Translations under genes and position numbers: made by a program
Notes under the pieces: generated by a model
Told to the model about the DNA's origin: nothing
The model's database searches: none
Seen by the model: the letters and a program-made list of their open reading frames with translations, nothing else
In this document: one piece after another, positions 1 through 37,450 of the stretch
Layout: each line of letters opens with the position of its first letter
How positions within the stretch are numbered: the first letter of the stretch is position 1
NCBI GenBank assembly: GCA_012295275.1
Contig: CM022669.1
Coordinates: 18,538,001 to 18,602,000 of the forward strand
Reading direction: 5' to 3'
Source of the DNA: Chrysomallon squamiferum
Lineage: Eukaryota; Animalia; Mollusca
DNA: 64,000 nucleotides

Positions 1-964
1 ATTAATATTAATATTTGTTATTATAAATAGTTATTAGAGTGATAAAAAAAAAAAAAAAAAAATTGTTATAATGTTGATAAAAGAAGAAATCACTGTTTCA
101 AAGAGATTTTCTAAGTCACAGTCTTTGATAAATAAGTCTAGATACACTTATTGGAACATGATATAGTATTACTATCATCATCATCATCATCATTTATTCA
201 TTTATTCATCTATTAAAAAAAAAAATAAATAACAACAGTTATCATTAACAAGAAGCAATACCACCTGCTAATGATATACCAATCATAAGGAATCAGTTGG
301 AATGGGAAATATCCCAACAGATTTGGTCCTGTGACCATGACATTAACACTTATCAACAGTGTTTCAATGACATGTCCACATGGACAAACATATAATAACA
401 GACACAACAAACTGTCTAGCAACCTTCACATTTTTGCACTAATCCTTAATCACATTCCCTACACAATTATACATCAAGCAGACTGTTGAATAAAAACTTG
501 TATTAAATACTTCAGCCAATAGCTATGAAAAGTGATGGCAAGAAAAGGAAGGGATACTAGAAAATAAAAAAGAAATAAAGAAAGAAAAAATATAGAGAAA
601 GAAAATATAAATCATTCAGAAGATAAAGAAAAACAGAAAAAAATAAAAATAAAAATAAAAACGCCTGCAAATAAACAACTTTTATAATTATTAAATTTAT
701 TTAAAATGATTTAATTTTAATACCATTAATACACTATTATTATTTACCTATTTATTTATTTATTATTTTATTTATTGTCTATTAAATGCTAATTTATTTC
801 CAGTTTAAAACACCTCTGTCAAGTCTTGTTTATTTATTACTCTAAAGGTTTGTTACAGGGAACAGAGGTTAGATTGGGCTATCAGTGAGGTTACATAACA
901 AGACAAACTAAGTCAGGGCTGGGGACAAAACCTCCACTCTTAAATTGCCCCAACATTTGTGTGC

Positions 965-2290
965 ATATCAAATGGGTTATCTATACCAAACAGGTTATCT
1001 AGAATTATCTAACAATGTGCAAATTTCTGATAATGCTAAATCTTGTAAGCTCATCCCCCAAATACTTACTTCTTGCTCTGCCCTAACAGGGTTATCAAAT
1101 GGGTTATCTAGAATTATCTAACAATGTGCAAGTTTGTGATAATGTTAAGTATTGTCAGGTCAACTCCCAAATACTTACCTCTTGATCTAACTTGACATCT
1201 GGTTATCAAACAGGTTATCTGGAGTGATCTAACCCTTTGCAATTCAGAATGCAGCATAAATAAACAGCTTTCAGATATACAATGTTAAGTATTTTAAGGT
1301 GAAAACTCCAATCCCACTTTTAGTCCTTAACCCTCTGACCTGCCTTGACATCTGATTATCAAGATTGTCTAACACTGTGCAATAAGCCAGTCCCTCAGGC
1401 CAAAAAGCAGTTCAAGCTAAAAATTTACCTGTGATCTGTGCTTACGTTAGCCTGGATTTTAAGTATTTTAAGCTGTAAACTATTGCTTTAGAAACTATGT
1501 AAAAATGTTGAAATAAACCCAAACACATTATTAATCATTACTATTTTTATCTGCCCTCAACCCTGCCTTGAAATATCTTTTTACCTGCCCTGTAAATTAT
1601 GAAAAAATATTACAATATTACCACACCTGTGGTTTTAGTAGAAGAAGATAAGGTGAACTCTAAAATGCCTTCCAGCACTGAACCCAGTTCCTTGATCTAC
1701 CCTGAAATCTGTTTGGTTTTAAAGTAAAGTCTTCATGAAGAATCTGATACATTGTAATAACAAACTGCTAATAGCTTCAGACAAAACATAAAAACACACA
1801 AAGGTGAACCTCACTCACCTCTTCTCAAACCCTATCCACTGATATGTTTGATTAGCAAAAGGTTATCATGATGTATCTAATACAAAGCACATTATAAACA
1901 TCAAGCCATTCTTATGTCCACGCTTCCCTTTCAGCTACAAACCCCACCCCTTTGATTTGCCCTTAAATCAGTTTGGTTATCAAAAGGTTATCAAGAAATA
2001 TCCAACTTTACAAAAAGCTAAATGCTATAAATTCAGAAAAAAAAAATAAGAAAAAAAAAAAAAAAACCCAACATCAAACTTATTCTTAGGTCAACCAACA
2101 CCCCACCCACCCAGTCTCAAACCCCACCCCTTGATCTGACTTGAAACTTGTTTGGTTATCAAAAGGTTATCAAGGAATATCTAACACAATACTAAAACAC
2201 TGGTTACTTCAGACAAAACATCAAACCATTCTCAGGTCATCGTCTCTCACATCCAGTCGTGAACCCTACCCCTTAATCTGCCCTGACATT
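965..2290. repeat. Old degenerate tandem repeat, unit about 110-180 bp, core GGTTATCAAANNGGTTATC..ATCTAAC
   Basis: Core recurs near 993, 1102, 1213, 1354, 1861, 1987 and 2165 with shared flanks (cttgatctg..ctgacatc, aggtgaac). Confidence 0.8.
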
Positions 2291-3926
2291 TGTTCCCTTC
2301 TTATCTCTTGCCTTGAGTGACTCCATATGATGTATAGGAGCCGAAGAAGCTGATGGTGGCAATATGCTCTCCAAGTCCTGTAAGATTACACCAGGCCATG
2401 CAACGTTACACAACCCAGACCAACAGCCAACCAAGCTTTTCCTCCATAACTCACATTAACCTCTGCCCCAGAGTAAAGTCTGGCTCACACCCTGGGGCAA
2501 TAAACAAGCTGGCAGAGGTCGGCAGGGGTCACCCCGACTCTGTTTATCTTGGTAATCTCATCATTCAAACCAGCACCAAATCTAGGTGCACTTGTAGTTT
2601 GTGCTATATAATAAGAAAATAAATTTAGAAATTTTTCTTTTTTTTTTTTTTTTTTAAAGAAAAGCATGACCCTGATGGATGAAAATTCCATTAAAGAAGT
2701 CAGGTCTTGTGACTTCTGGTGTAGCTGCAGTTTGTGTTATTTCTACTCCAAAATACATCTCATGATATCAAATTTCAAATTCTTGAAACCGACCTTTAAA
2801 ATAAGAATTCATTATATAAAAAATAAAAATCATTATTACTTTTTTATTGTGACACTGTCATTTATTGTGAGAAATAGAAAAACATATTTCAAGAGTTTTC
2901 TAAAACATCTGTGAATGAGAATTCATCATAAACATCACTGCTCCTTTTCTTCTTCCATTTGTATCATTTACACTCAGCAACATAAAATTACAAGACTTTT
3001 TTTTTTTTTTTTAAAACCCAGCCCCTATGAACAAACTAATGAATGAGAAAACCTAATAAAATTCTTGAGACATCCAGCAATATCGTAAACTGCCATCAGT
3101 TATTACTACTACCAGAAACCAGGGCTGGCTGCTTTTATTAGTAAAAGTGATGACTGAAAGGGTGACTTGCCTAAGAAGAGGGACATACAAAAACAGTTGA
3201 TCGTAAAACTATGCAGGACATGCTGGTGCTAATGGGCTTGTATCAGCATAACAAGAGGAGATTAAAAGTTAACAGTTTTACGACTGGTATTAAAAACTTG
3301 GGGCAAGCCATATTTGTCCACCAAGTGTCAGGAGGCCATAGATTAGATTATTTGTCAAAACTGTTATCTTTGCTGGGATATAAAAACTGATATGCCATAG
3401 CAGGTTCACTGATATGGTTGAGGACATAACAGTTTAACATGATCACTTCTAATCAGAGCTTTGGTGTGAAACAAGATTTATAGGGCACTGGAGATTCTTG
3501 TAAATGTGTATGCGTGAAAAATAATTATATGTTACACATACCCCAGGAATTCTTAAAACTGACATTAAGAGAGTATTTAAAGAAATAATTAGTTTAAACA
3601 ACAACATCAATGACAACAATAACAACATTAATAAGAGCAGCAGAAATAATAATAATAATAATAATAATATTAAAGTAATTGAAAATATGTTAATAAAGTG
3701 TTTAAATAAGAAAAGAAAGATTTATTGCAGATAATCTTTACAGTCCTTAACATAATCACAGATACATTTTAATTAATTAATAACTAAAACCTTTAATTAA
3801 TCCATAACTTTTCAGTTTGCACCATCCAGCATCCTTTGCATGTCATTCTTTTGTGGAAGAGATCAAATAACTTCATAAAAATCAATAAACATTTATTGAT
3901 AAATCAATGATAACTCAATCATTACT

Positions 3927-3929
<3 letters not shown>

Positions 3930-3995
<66 letters not shown>

Positions 3996-4003
3996 CCCCC
4001 CCC
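3930..4003. repeat. (CT)n microsatellite plus poly-C
   Basis: Direct reading. Confidence 0.95.
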
Positions 4004-5220
4004 TCTTTCTCTTTCACACTCCCACCACCCATTTATAAACACACTCACTCTCACCTTAAAAAAAACACAACAACCAGCCCTCATCTCCACTCATACACTC
4101 TCTCTCTTACACGTTATATCTGCTCACACAATTACACAACAGTCTTTCTGTGGCTGTGTCAAGAAAAGATAATTTGTTTTTCATTAACTGTTGATCTGCC
4201 CTTGATTAACTCTGTTGCACCAGGGCCAGGGTGAGATGAAGAGCACTAGAATACCTTTGATTTCCGAGTGTGCACAAACACACAGACAAACACACGGACG
4301 CACAGACACACACACACACACACACACACACTCATACAAAGAGAAGTACATTACACAAAACTGTTGTACCTGTTATGTACACATATTGATTGCAGCTGTT
4401 TTGAATTTACAGGCGTAATGCAGTTTATTGTAGTTCCCTCAATCCCGTTACTTGTTTCGCTAAAACTCATTTGAAGGAGTCAATTTTCTCACATTTTTTT
4501 CTTTTTTCTTTTCTTTTTAAATAAAAAATAAAAACAAATCTCAATAAACCCTTCTTTTATTTAACATTATTTATTATTCATTATTTCTTTTCTTATTCAC
4601 TTATTTTTTAATTTTCTCTTTCTTTTTTTTTTTTTTTTTTTTTGACAACTCGATAACCTTTTCTATTATTTTTTATTAATTTTATTATTATTATTTTTTC
4701 GACAGTGTATTTATTATAAAGCAACTCAAACACTGAACTCTTTTTGGAACAAACGTTGCATGAAAAACGGCCACATTTTTCAATTAGAGAAAACAGAGAG
4801 AAGATTAAAAATGTCAGTTCATATCCCATTGACCGAACAGGTAAAAGGAAGGCTTATGTTTGGCCTCTGGTGTTGCAGAATATGTTTTAGTGCTTCACAG
4901 AAGTCAGAGCTAATCTGATTTCTATCATTGTTAGATGACAATTAGAAATGAATACAAAACTGAAATAAAGGTTATTAGATTCCAGTTGTCATGAAGAGAG
5001 CATAATAATAATAATATAATAAAAAACCAGTTTGAATGTATATAAAATAATAAAAATAAAAATAAAATAAAATAGATTAAATAGAAATAAATAAGGCTGA
5101 ATAATAATAATAATGGTCAATAACAGAGAGATGATGATGATGGATTATATAAATTACAAAAACAAATCATATAATCTGTCTTTATATTGACAGCATTATT
5201 AATAATTACAGTTGCATTTC

Positions 5221-5261
<41 letters not shown>

Positions 5262-5985
5262 GCAACAGTAGTAATAATACTAGTGGTAGTAGTAGTAATT
5301 ATAGTTGAATAGTTGTAATAATGATGATGATGATGATGATAATTGGCTCTACTGATTTAATTATAGGTTATGAGAATATAAACAGAGAGAAAAGTATGAC
5401 ATAAAAATTATCAATAATAAATGTATATATGATATCTATATATATATATGTGTTTATATGTATATATTTATGTCTGATCTTTATGTCTGTCTGTCTGTAT
5501 GTATATAAGAATGAATGCATATATTTTCAAACACACAAAGACACAGATGATACAGAGAGACAAATTACAGATATGTAAGTGTAATCTTCATTTCCACGAA
5601 CAATCGTCAAAACAAACCACACAGAACATCATTTACATAATAATCTACTCCCTACTTGTGTGACACACATAAATGATTTATCAAGTTTCTACATCAGTGT
5701 AGCACGGCTTGCAAATGGCAACCTTTGATGCAGCTATTATATTTGTTATTGTTATTTATGGTAGTACGGGGGCTTTGATCTCTCGGCTCTGGTCAGCTGA
5801 AATAATGGCAGTTGGCATTAAGTGATCTCCGCTGGAAACATCAAATAAACACATAATTTCTCTTTATCTAATAACCCCGCAATTTCTGAATGTTATGAAT
5901 AGTGTATTAAGTATTATTTAATTTTATTGGCATTATGTGTGTTTAAACACTGTGGATGTGTGTGTGTGTGTGTGTGTGTGCAAGG

Positions 5986-6020
<35 letters not shown>

Positions 6021-6804
6021 TGTGTTTGTGTGGTTGTGAGAGAGAGAGAGAGAGAGACTGTATGTGTGTATATATATATATATAGATATATACATGGAAT
6101 GATCAAAAAAAAGAAAAAGAAAGAAAGAAAGAAGCTTTCTTCAAAAAAGAACAGCAGAAAGAAAAAGAAGACAGATTAAAAGAAAAGAAAAGAAAAAGAG
6201 TATAAAAGAGAAAACATGAAACAAAAATTTGCTTTAAAAAGCAATCAGTAATACTCAACTTCAGTATAAAATCATTTATATAACACTTTGTAAAGAGTAT
6301 CACAAGAGAATCTAGATAAGACTAACATGATAAAAAACAACATATTTATCCTTTGTTTTTAGCAATCTCGACCTGGTCAGAAAAAGTCACCAGATCAGTG
6401 GAGTCTTTGATTTGTCACTAATTTGTCACTAATTTGTCTCACTGAGTGCTCACATCAAAGAGAACTCAAGTGATTGGTACTTGAATTACTGCGGCAATTA
6501 AAAACAAACCACAGCAGTAAGTTGTCAGCTGACCTGTACAGAAACTCCAAGGAGTGGCAGACATCAAAGGTTAATAGATTTTCACCACCGGCATATCCCA
6601 GCCTCGCCCACAGTTTTCCCCCAACATTCTCTACCCACTTAATAATGAAAACTGTGCTCATGCTGTTAAAAAGAAATAAATTTATTATTTATCTCAGTCT
6701 GTCTATAGTTACTCATTTATACATTCATTCATTACTCTGAACTCTGATTCTCTCTCTTTCAGACACACATACACATGAACAGACACATGGACACATTTAC
6801 ACAG

Positions 6805-6856
<52 letters not shown>

Positions 6857-7635
6857 ACTGCATTAAATAACAGACCATCAAGCTTTTTCGAATCATCCTG
6901 GGAACAAACAACAACCTATGAAAGGAAGAAAAGCAAAAAAAAAGACATACTTTTAAAATGATCGATAACGAGAAAACAAAATCAAAAATGAAGTCTCACT
7001 GAACTGCCTTCCTTTCTCAAGTGGCAAACGCGATAGCCAATTCTTTTTTCTTCTTTTCTTTTACGAGACAGAAATATAGAAATGTACAAACACAGACTTT
7101 GTGACACTACGCAAACACCAGCATAATAAAAAAACAAAATTTAAAAAGAAAGAAAACAATACTCCGAAGCTACATAGAGCACATATTTATACAATTAAGG
7201 CAAAGGTCCCCTCGGCAATCAATTATACATGGTTTACAAATCACGACCACCATATAGGAAATAATGGGTGACTGAAGTACATGTCTAATTGTTCAGTGCT
7301 AAAGCTTTATCGACCATTCAGCCACATGAAAGAATTTTGTTGGTTTTCCTTCTTTCTTTCTTTTTTTTTTTTTTTTTTTTTTTTTTTCTTTTTTGGATAT
7401 GAGGAAACAAAAAAAAAAAGAGAAGCGGAGACAAAATTATTGATGATACACCACCCATCAATGTTCTTTCTCTTTAGCTGACAATGATATGAAAAGCCTG
7501 CCCTTCTCAGTCATGGTTCTTGTTCAAATGGCAAATGATGTCATAATGGGACTCTTGGTTAAATGGTTTAATGATGAAGCTGAAGGCTATGACACACAGG
7601 ACATTGGAGCTTTTGGAATCGGATTAAAACAAGTA

Positions 7636-7669
<34 letters not shown>

Positions 7670-7946
7670 AATATGATTAATATTAAAGTGAGTGTGTGAC
7701 TGTGTTATTAATTTTGAACTGATTGTTTGATTAGTTTACTTATTAACTTAATTTGTGGTGTTCAGGTTTTGGGGGTGGAGTAGGCTGGTGTAGATTATTT
7801 TGGGGTTTATTCTGCAGGTTGTATTTATGCATGGAACAAAAATGAAAAGAAATAAAATTAAAGCAAAATAAAATGAAATACAAAACTTAATTAACATAAA
7901 AATTAAAAAATTAAATTAAAAATTAATAAATAAAAAAAATAAATTG

Positions 7947-8011
<65 letters not shown>

Positions 8012-8512
8012 GAACATTCAGTAATAAAAAGGTTGACATATAGCCAGTTAAACAATAAATGTTGTTTTGGATTTTTTTGGGGTATTTTTTAAAATTTACT
8101 ATATAAATAGAAAAAGCAAGACAAAGAAGAAAAAAATGTGAAAAAATTAAGATAAAGGGAGAAAACAAAAAGAGCTGGAATATAAAATTTTAAAGAAATT
8201 TAAGGAAAATATTTATTTTTAGTTGAAAGATAATGTTCTTTTATAAAATTGCTGATGATCTTTAGTACAGATGTGTTATTAAAAGGGATCTTTATTTGAA
8301 AATCAAACACAGCATATACACTATTTTTAATGACCTTTGAAAAATATGTTTTGTTTATTATTGAAATGTGGCTTGAACATAGAACATTTTTTAAAATACA
8401 AAGGTAACCAGATAATGGAAAGATGTAATTTCAATCTGTATATAGAAAATACATGTCTGAAATTGTATACATTCAAACAAATCAAATCTCTCTCTCTCTA
8501 TTTTTCTCTTTG

Positions 8513-8563
<51 letters not shown>

Positions 8564-11379
8564 TAAAAACACATTCACACACTGCCAGACAAATTTCACA
8601 CAGATTACAAAAGCCATCAATTAAAAATCAATCAAAAAGGACTTCAATCACTCACCCATACAATTAAACAACAAAAAAAAAAAAAAAATAAAACAGAATC
8701 GAAGAGCTGGGGAGTGAACAAACAGCAGTAACAACCATCACTTAATCTCTTGCCACCGGGTGACATAATGGCAGATCTCAGTAACCTATTACTCTGGGAC
8801 AATGCTGCTCAATCTGTTTGCCCTCCAAAGCCTTCATTATCACCTGCAGTTCGATTATTGTCAGGGCTCTCCACAGAAACCAGTGAACGGTGTTGTTCGA
8901 GAATAGAGGCATTTCCTCCGAGTGATATACTCACAATTGCCTGTTAGCACAGATCTATGAGTCTGGGATCAGGTGCTAAGTTTGGGTTGAAAAAAACACA
9001 AATAGCAATTAAGCTGCATTCACAACACTCTGCTGTACTATTAGAGAGGGATGGTGGCTGGTGGGGGAAAGTGGTAGAGGTGGGGAGGTGTGGTGGAACA
9101 ATAATAATAAGAAGAAATCTATAGACTTCAGAAATGCAGAAAGAAAAGGAGCGAAATTGTTTATAATTTGTTTCAGCAGTGAGAAAGCTTAGTCGCGAGA
9201 TAATACGTACACACACACAGACACACACACACACAGACAACTATTTAGTTTAAGTTAGAAAAGTTCTATTGAAAAAATTTGTAATAAAAATAATTGGGAA
9301 ATATAAAAAAGTAATATAAAATGAATAAAAAAAAATAGTTAATAAAAACAATTAAAATGAAATAAGAGACATGAAAAATAAATAATATATGTTAATACAA
9401 TAGTTAACGTCTGTTAATGTTAAATACAAAATAAAACAAAAATAAATAAATAGAACAATGTATAATAATAATAATAATAATAATAATATTAATAATAATA
9501 AAATAAAATAAAATAAAATAAAATATAATAAAAGAAAAAGAAAAAAAGACATAGCAATTTATCTTTTATTAACACTCAAAACAAATTGTCACTAATCGTA
9601 ATATAAAAGGAATTAAAAAATAAAATAAAAGTGAAACAGAAGAAAATAAAAGAGAGAAAAAAAAAAGAAGAAAAAAGAAGAAAGCAAAAGAAAAAAGTCA
9701 GAATATGGCAGTTTATCATGGAGTAACAGGAAGAAAGGAACAAAACGAACACTAAACATTGTCAGTGTTATATCGATGTCACATCTTCACACATGAATGG
9801 GGGTCTTTCTCTGCCATACATCACTGGGAATCTACATGCATCGATTCCTTTTTACAGGCAACTTTTAAAAGTCGGCCTCTTGTCTTCCTGTACAAGTCTA
9901 TTGTGTGTGAACTGCGAACTATAGTGTGTTCAATCCCTCGCTCTTAAACATTCATTAACTTACGTCCGCACATCAATAACAGGAAAGCACAACGAGAGCA
10001 TTGACAAAAGAAAAAAGAACAACATGTCTGAATAAAAAGATAAGGTTTAAGCCAAAAAAAAAAAATAATAATAATAATAATAAAGAAAAAAACATTGCAA
10101 GTGAGAGATTTTGAGCAGTCAATATATTATATGTGACCTTTTTATCTTACTTTTTCAGATCAAAACAATAGGAATTGAAAGATGATGATGTATTGTAAAA
10201 GTGATCTATTTTTCTTCTTTTTATTGAAACTGACTGCAAGACTAACAGCACACGATAAAAGTGACCTTTTTTTTTCAAAAATTCTTCTTTGTATGAAAAC
10301 AGCAGGCAAGGATCAAAAGATGACACGCATTTAATTACCTTTTTTTTTTGTTCTTGATATCAAAACGGTTTGTAAGAATACAAAATTGTCAATACACTGA
10401 CAAAAAGGTTCTTTTTTTTTACTGTTATCCAAACAGTAAGCTTTTATTATCTTCTTGAAAGTTAACAAAACAAAAAAAGACTGCTTCAGATCATGATTTG
10501 CATTAGATGAGTAATTCTGTATGAGATTTTTGTCTGCAAAAAGTGAAGAAGAGATGATTTATGTAAGGACAGTTAACACATACTTAATCTGTGGTTACAA
10601 TGAATGCTGTATATGATTTAGGTTCAAAAAGAAAATGAGAGAGGCAATTCAAGCAAATGGTAACTGTTATTTATTATTTTTTTAAAGTATGATTATTTAT
10701 TTATTATTAGTTGTTTTTTATATAAATGAATCTTCTCAGATACAAAATAATATGTATCTTAGATTCTGATAAATCATTTATTGTGTACTGGTTGGAATGG
10801 GAAATGTGCTAAGAAGGACTAATCCCATGACCCACAATATTTGCTCTGTAATACATTTTGATTTTTATGTTTATGTTTAAATAATATTTTTATTTATAGT
10901 AAAAAAAAAAAAAAAATAAAAAAAATAATAAATAAATAAACTAACAAATAAATAAATAAATACTAGAAAAAAAGACCCCCCCCAAAAAAAAAACAACGAA
11001 TAAAAAATACCACAAATCTGTAACAATTAATATTTTTTCTATATTAGTAAAAAAAAAAAAAAAAAAAAAAAAAGTATTACTAAGACAGTCCCAACATCAA
11101 TAAATATGTTTCTTCTGAAATCAAAACCTTTCCAAATGAAATCTAAGAAACACTTGAGATGGGTAGAAATTGTGTTTTCACAAAGAATTAGCCACAGAAG
11201 GATTTGTCTAAACCGTGACAAAACCGCAGAACACTGATCCTATTATCATCTTTCCTCTCTCTCTCGTTTGGTTTGATCATAAAACCCATTTCAGTCTAGT
11301 GCTAATCTGCAGTGCAGGGGAGACAACTCATGTCTATGTCTGGTGTTTGGGAAATGTGTTTGAGATGTGTTAAAAATCA

Positions 11380-11530
11380 GTTATTTGTGTTAAAAATTAC
11401 TATTATTTATGTTAATAATTACTATTATTTATGTTAATAATTACTGTTATCTGTGTTTTAAACTAATATTATTTGTGTTTAAAATTACTATTTGTGTTAA
11501 AAATTACTATTTTTGTGTAAAAAATATAGA
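11380..11530. repeat. Degenerate ~21-bp AT-rich tandem repeat (TTATTTGTGTTAAAAATTACT)
   Basis: Six to seven imperfect copies. Confidence 0.65.
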
Positions 11531-11787
11531 AAAAGAATTTTTTTTTTTTTTTTTTCTTTATTATTTTTTTTTTTTTGGGTGGGGGGGAATTTAATTAAAT
11601 ATATTATGAGTAGTTTTGTCAAAAATCCAGAACTATATTTAGGTTCATAAAGAAATGGATCTCCTTTACATCCACACACTGAAATCTCAAAAACACTAAA
11701 AGTTAACTATCTAGTTTTCTTCTTTTTTTATTCATAAAAGGTCCAAGAAAAAAAAAAAAAAAAAAAAAAAAAAATTAACAAATATAA

Positions 11788-11826
<39 letters not shown>

Positions 11827-12253
11827 AAATAAAAAAATAAAATAAAAAATAAAAATAATAAAGATAGAAAGAGAAAATGCTTTTTATTTTTCTTCTTATT
11901 GTTCTAAACAATTCCAATGAATAATAATAAAAAAATGTATATATATATAAATACCAAAAAAAAAAGAAATGAAAGAATTAAGAAAAACACTCAGTAATTT
12001 ACTTGCTTTCTTCAATAAAAAAAGACAAAAAAAAAAAAGAAAAAGAAAAATATTCTTAACAAAAGAACCAAAACACTTTAGACTTTATTATTATTCTAAA
12101 CAAGACAGAAACAAAAAAAACCAACAACAAAGGAAAATAAGAAAATCCACTGGACAAAATGAACACAAGAAATATGATTTACGAATGTTGTAATAGAACT
12201 GGCGACACGTGTGATGGACGAAACACTCAAGAGACAGAGAGACGAAGTCTTAC

Positions 12254-34812
<22,559 letters not shown>

Positions 34813-34864
34813 TTCCTGTACAACAAATCATTTAAATTAAATTTAATTTAATTGTGTAAGTAAG

Positions 34865-35310
34865 AACGAATGAAACTAAATAACAAAACAAATAAAGAAA
34901 GAAAGAAAGAAAGAAAGAAAGAATCAAATAAACAAAGAATGAAACAAATAAACAAATAAATAAGGAAATAAATAGCGAAAGAAACAATGACAGAAAGAAA
35001 CGAATAAATAAACAAGTGAACAAGTTAATAAATAAAATAAGTAAAGAAACAAATAAATAAAATAAATTAAACAAACAAACAAATAAATAAACAAATTGAA
35101 GAAATAAAGAAAGAATGAAAGAAAGAAAGCAACAAATAAACAAATAAGTTAATAAAGAAGTAAAGAAACAAACAAATAAATAAATAAAATAAAATAAACA
35201 TATAAAGAAATTAAAGAAATAAAGAAAGAAAGAATGAAAGAAAGAAAGCAACAAATAAACAAATAAACAAGTTAATACATAAATAAGTAAGTAAGTAAAT
35301 AAATAAATAA
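34865..35310. repeat. Mixed (AAAT/AAAC/AAAG)n tetranucleotide low-complexity tract
   Basis: Direct reading. Confidence 0.85.
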
Positions 35311-36606
35311 ATGTATGTTGTGTTTGTGCATGGCATTGTCATTTTTGTGGTCTGTTGCGTGTGGTACAAAAAAGAAACTGCACGTCAACTTTCAGTATAC
35401 TTCTAAGTTCAGAAAAAGTTTAGAAATAAATCATAATCAAAGAAAAAAAGGAAAAATGAAAGAAAGAACAAAAGTATGGTTTCTTTATACAGGTTTACAA
35501 AAAACAAAAAAACAAAAAACAACAACAGATAAATAAAAATAAAATAATAATAATAATAACAACAGTATTAATAATCATAATAATATTATTATTATTATAA
35601 GAAGAAGAAGAAGAAGAAGAAGAAAAAAGAAAAAGAAAATGACTGAACAAATTTTGAATAAGGTATGAATGCAAATATAGTTATGATCTAGCAATAAAAG
35701 GGTTTACAAGACATTTTTAACAGACTAATAAATACTGTTTTTAATAATAAGTAAAATAATGCAATGATTATTTAACAAATATGCATGTAAATCCAGACAT
35801 TAATCCTAAATTCTATTTTTATTATTAATATTTTTGTTTTTAAACTGAACACAGCAAACTGTGCATAAATGCATAAAACATTGCATAATAAAAATTTCAA
35901 AAATGTCATGAATAATGTATTACTTTAGTCAAAGTCTTAATATCCTTTAAATAAAAAAATAAAAAAAATACTTACATAAAAAATAAAAAAAATAAAAAAA
36001 TATATATCTGTCAGCATTTTACAGGCTTATAATAAATCAGAGGTTCAGAATAAATACAAATATATTTTTCTTTCTCTCTCTCAATTCTATTATGAAATAC
36101 TACAAACAGTTTTTTAAATAGGGGATTAATTAATGACAGTGAAAGTGATATATTTTGTAACTGAGAATTTACTATTAAAAATTATGTTCTTGCTGGCAAT
36201 ATATTAAGTAGAACAATGAAGCAAGAAGTGTGAAAATAACTACCACACACTGAACTCATGAATCTATATATTATTTTTAAAAAAATTAAAAAAATACAAG
36301 TGGAAGAAAATAATGATAAATGTTTGAAAAACTAACAAAAAAAAGAAAAAAAGGATAAATAAATAAATAAACCAATAAAGAAAAAGAAAAAAGAAAGAAA
36401 AACAAGTGGGATAAAAAAATAAATAATTAATGCAGATTTATTTTAAAAGTGAAATAAATTAAGTATTTTTATTTTAAATGGTAAAATCAAGACAACTTTT
36501 GCTAAAGAAGCATTATTTTAGGCAAAAGCACTATTCTTATAAAACATGGTTACAAAAGAATTTATTAAAGATAGTTATTTGAAACGGTACAAAACTCAAT
36601 GGAAAA

Positions 36607-37450
36607 CAAAACATCTATTAACAATTTCTATTATAAACTGCAGCAGTAAGATTTCTATTAAATATCTATTAAATTATTATTTTAGATTACAGCAGAAAGA
36701 TTACTTTTACTAAAGAGAGTAGTAATAAAACATCTAATACATTATTATTTTAGATTACAGCAGAAAGATTTCTTTTACTAAAGAGTGGTAATAAAACATC
36801 TAATACATTATTATTTTAGATTACAACAGAAAGATTTCTTATACTAAAGAGTGGGAATAAAACATCTAATAAATTATTATTTTAGATTACAGCAGAAAGA
36901 TTTCTTTTACTAAAGAGAGTGGCAACAAAACATCTATTACACTATTATTTGTAACAAGACATCTTTCACTGAAGACAGTTGCAGAACTCCCCCCAAAAAA
37001 ACCATTCCTCTATTAAAGACTTTTATTTTAAATTATTTCAGATACATGCAATTAAAAAGGGACAAAAGAACATATATTAAAGCTATTATTTTAAATTATA
37101 AGAAGACACCTTTTACTAAACTTAGTGGCATGAAAATATTTATATAAAGATTACTGCTTTAAAATATAGCAGCAACACAATGATAACAAAACATGTATTA
37201 AAGACTATTATTTCAAACATCTTTTTACTAAACAGTGACAAAAAGAACATCTGTTAAAGACTTATTTTAAACTGTGGCAGCAAAACATCTCTTACTGGTG
37301 ACAACAACATTTTTTTTTTTTTTTTTAAAGACTTATTTTAAACAGTAACAGCATGATATCTCTGAGGAAAGAAAACAAACTTTTAAATTGTGGCAAGAAG
37401 ATTTCTTTTACTAAAAATAATGGCAGCTAAAAAAATCCATTACTAAAGCA
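36607..37450. repeat. Tandem repeat, 66-68-bp unit (AAACATCTAATACATTATTATTTTAGATTACAGCAGAAAGATTTCTTTTACTAAAGAGTGGTAATA), decaying rightwards
   Basis: Four near-identical units at about 36660, 36728, 36794, 36860 and progressively diverged copies to about 37450. Confidence 0.88.

Noticed and set aside
2294-2560. GC-richer block that might be a decayed RTE/SINE 3' end on the minus strand
   Set aside because: Only vague resemblance; no tail, TSD or intact frame.
1-12253. Expected further RCC1 exons (phase 1, xGxVYxWG)
   Set aside because: Candidate TGGGG sites (about 946 and 2464) lack acceptors or open frames; ORF 213-422 has no RCC1 motif. Remaining exons are presumed off-window, though a very short exon could have been missed.
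34832-35254. 140-aa hydrophobic ORF just upstream of the RCC1 exon
   Set aside because: Tetranucleotide low-complexity DNA; an acceptor at 34816 shows this is intron.
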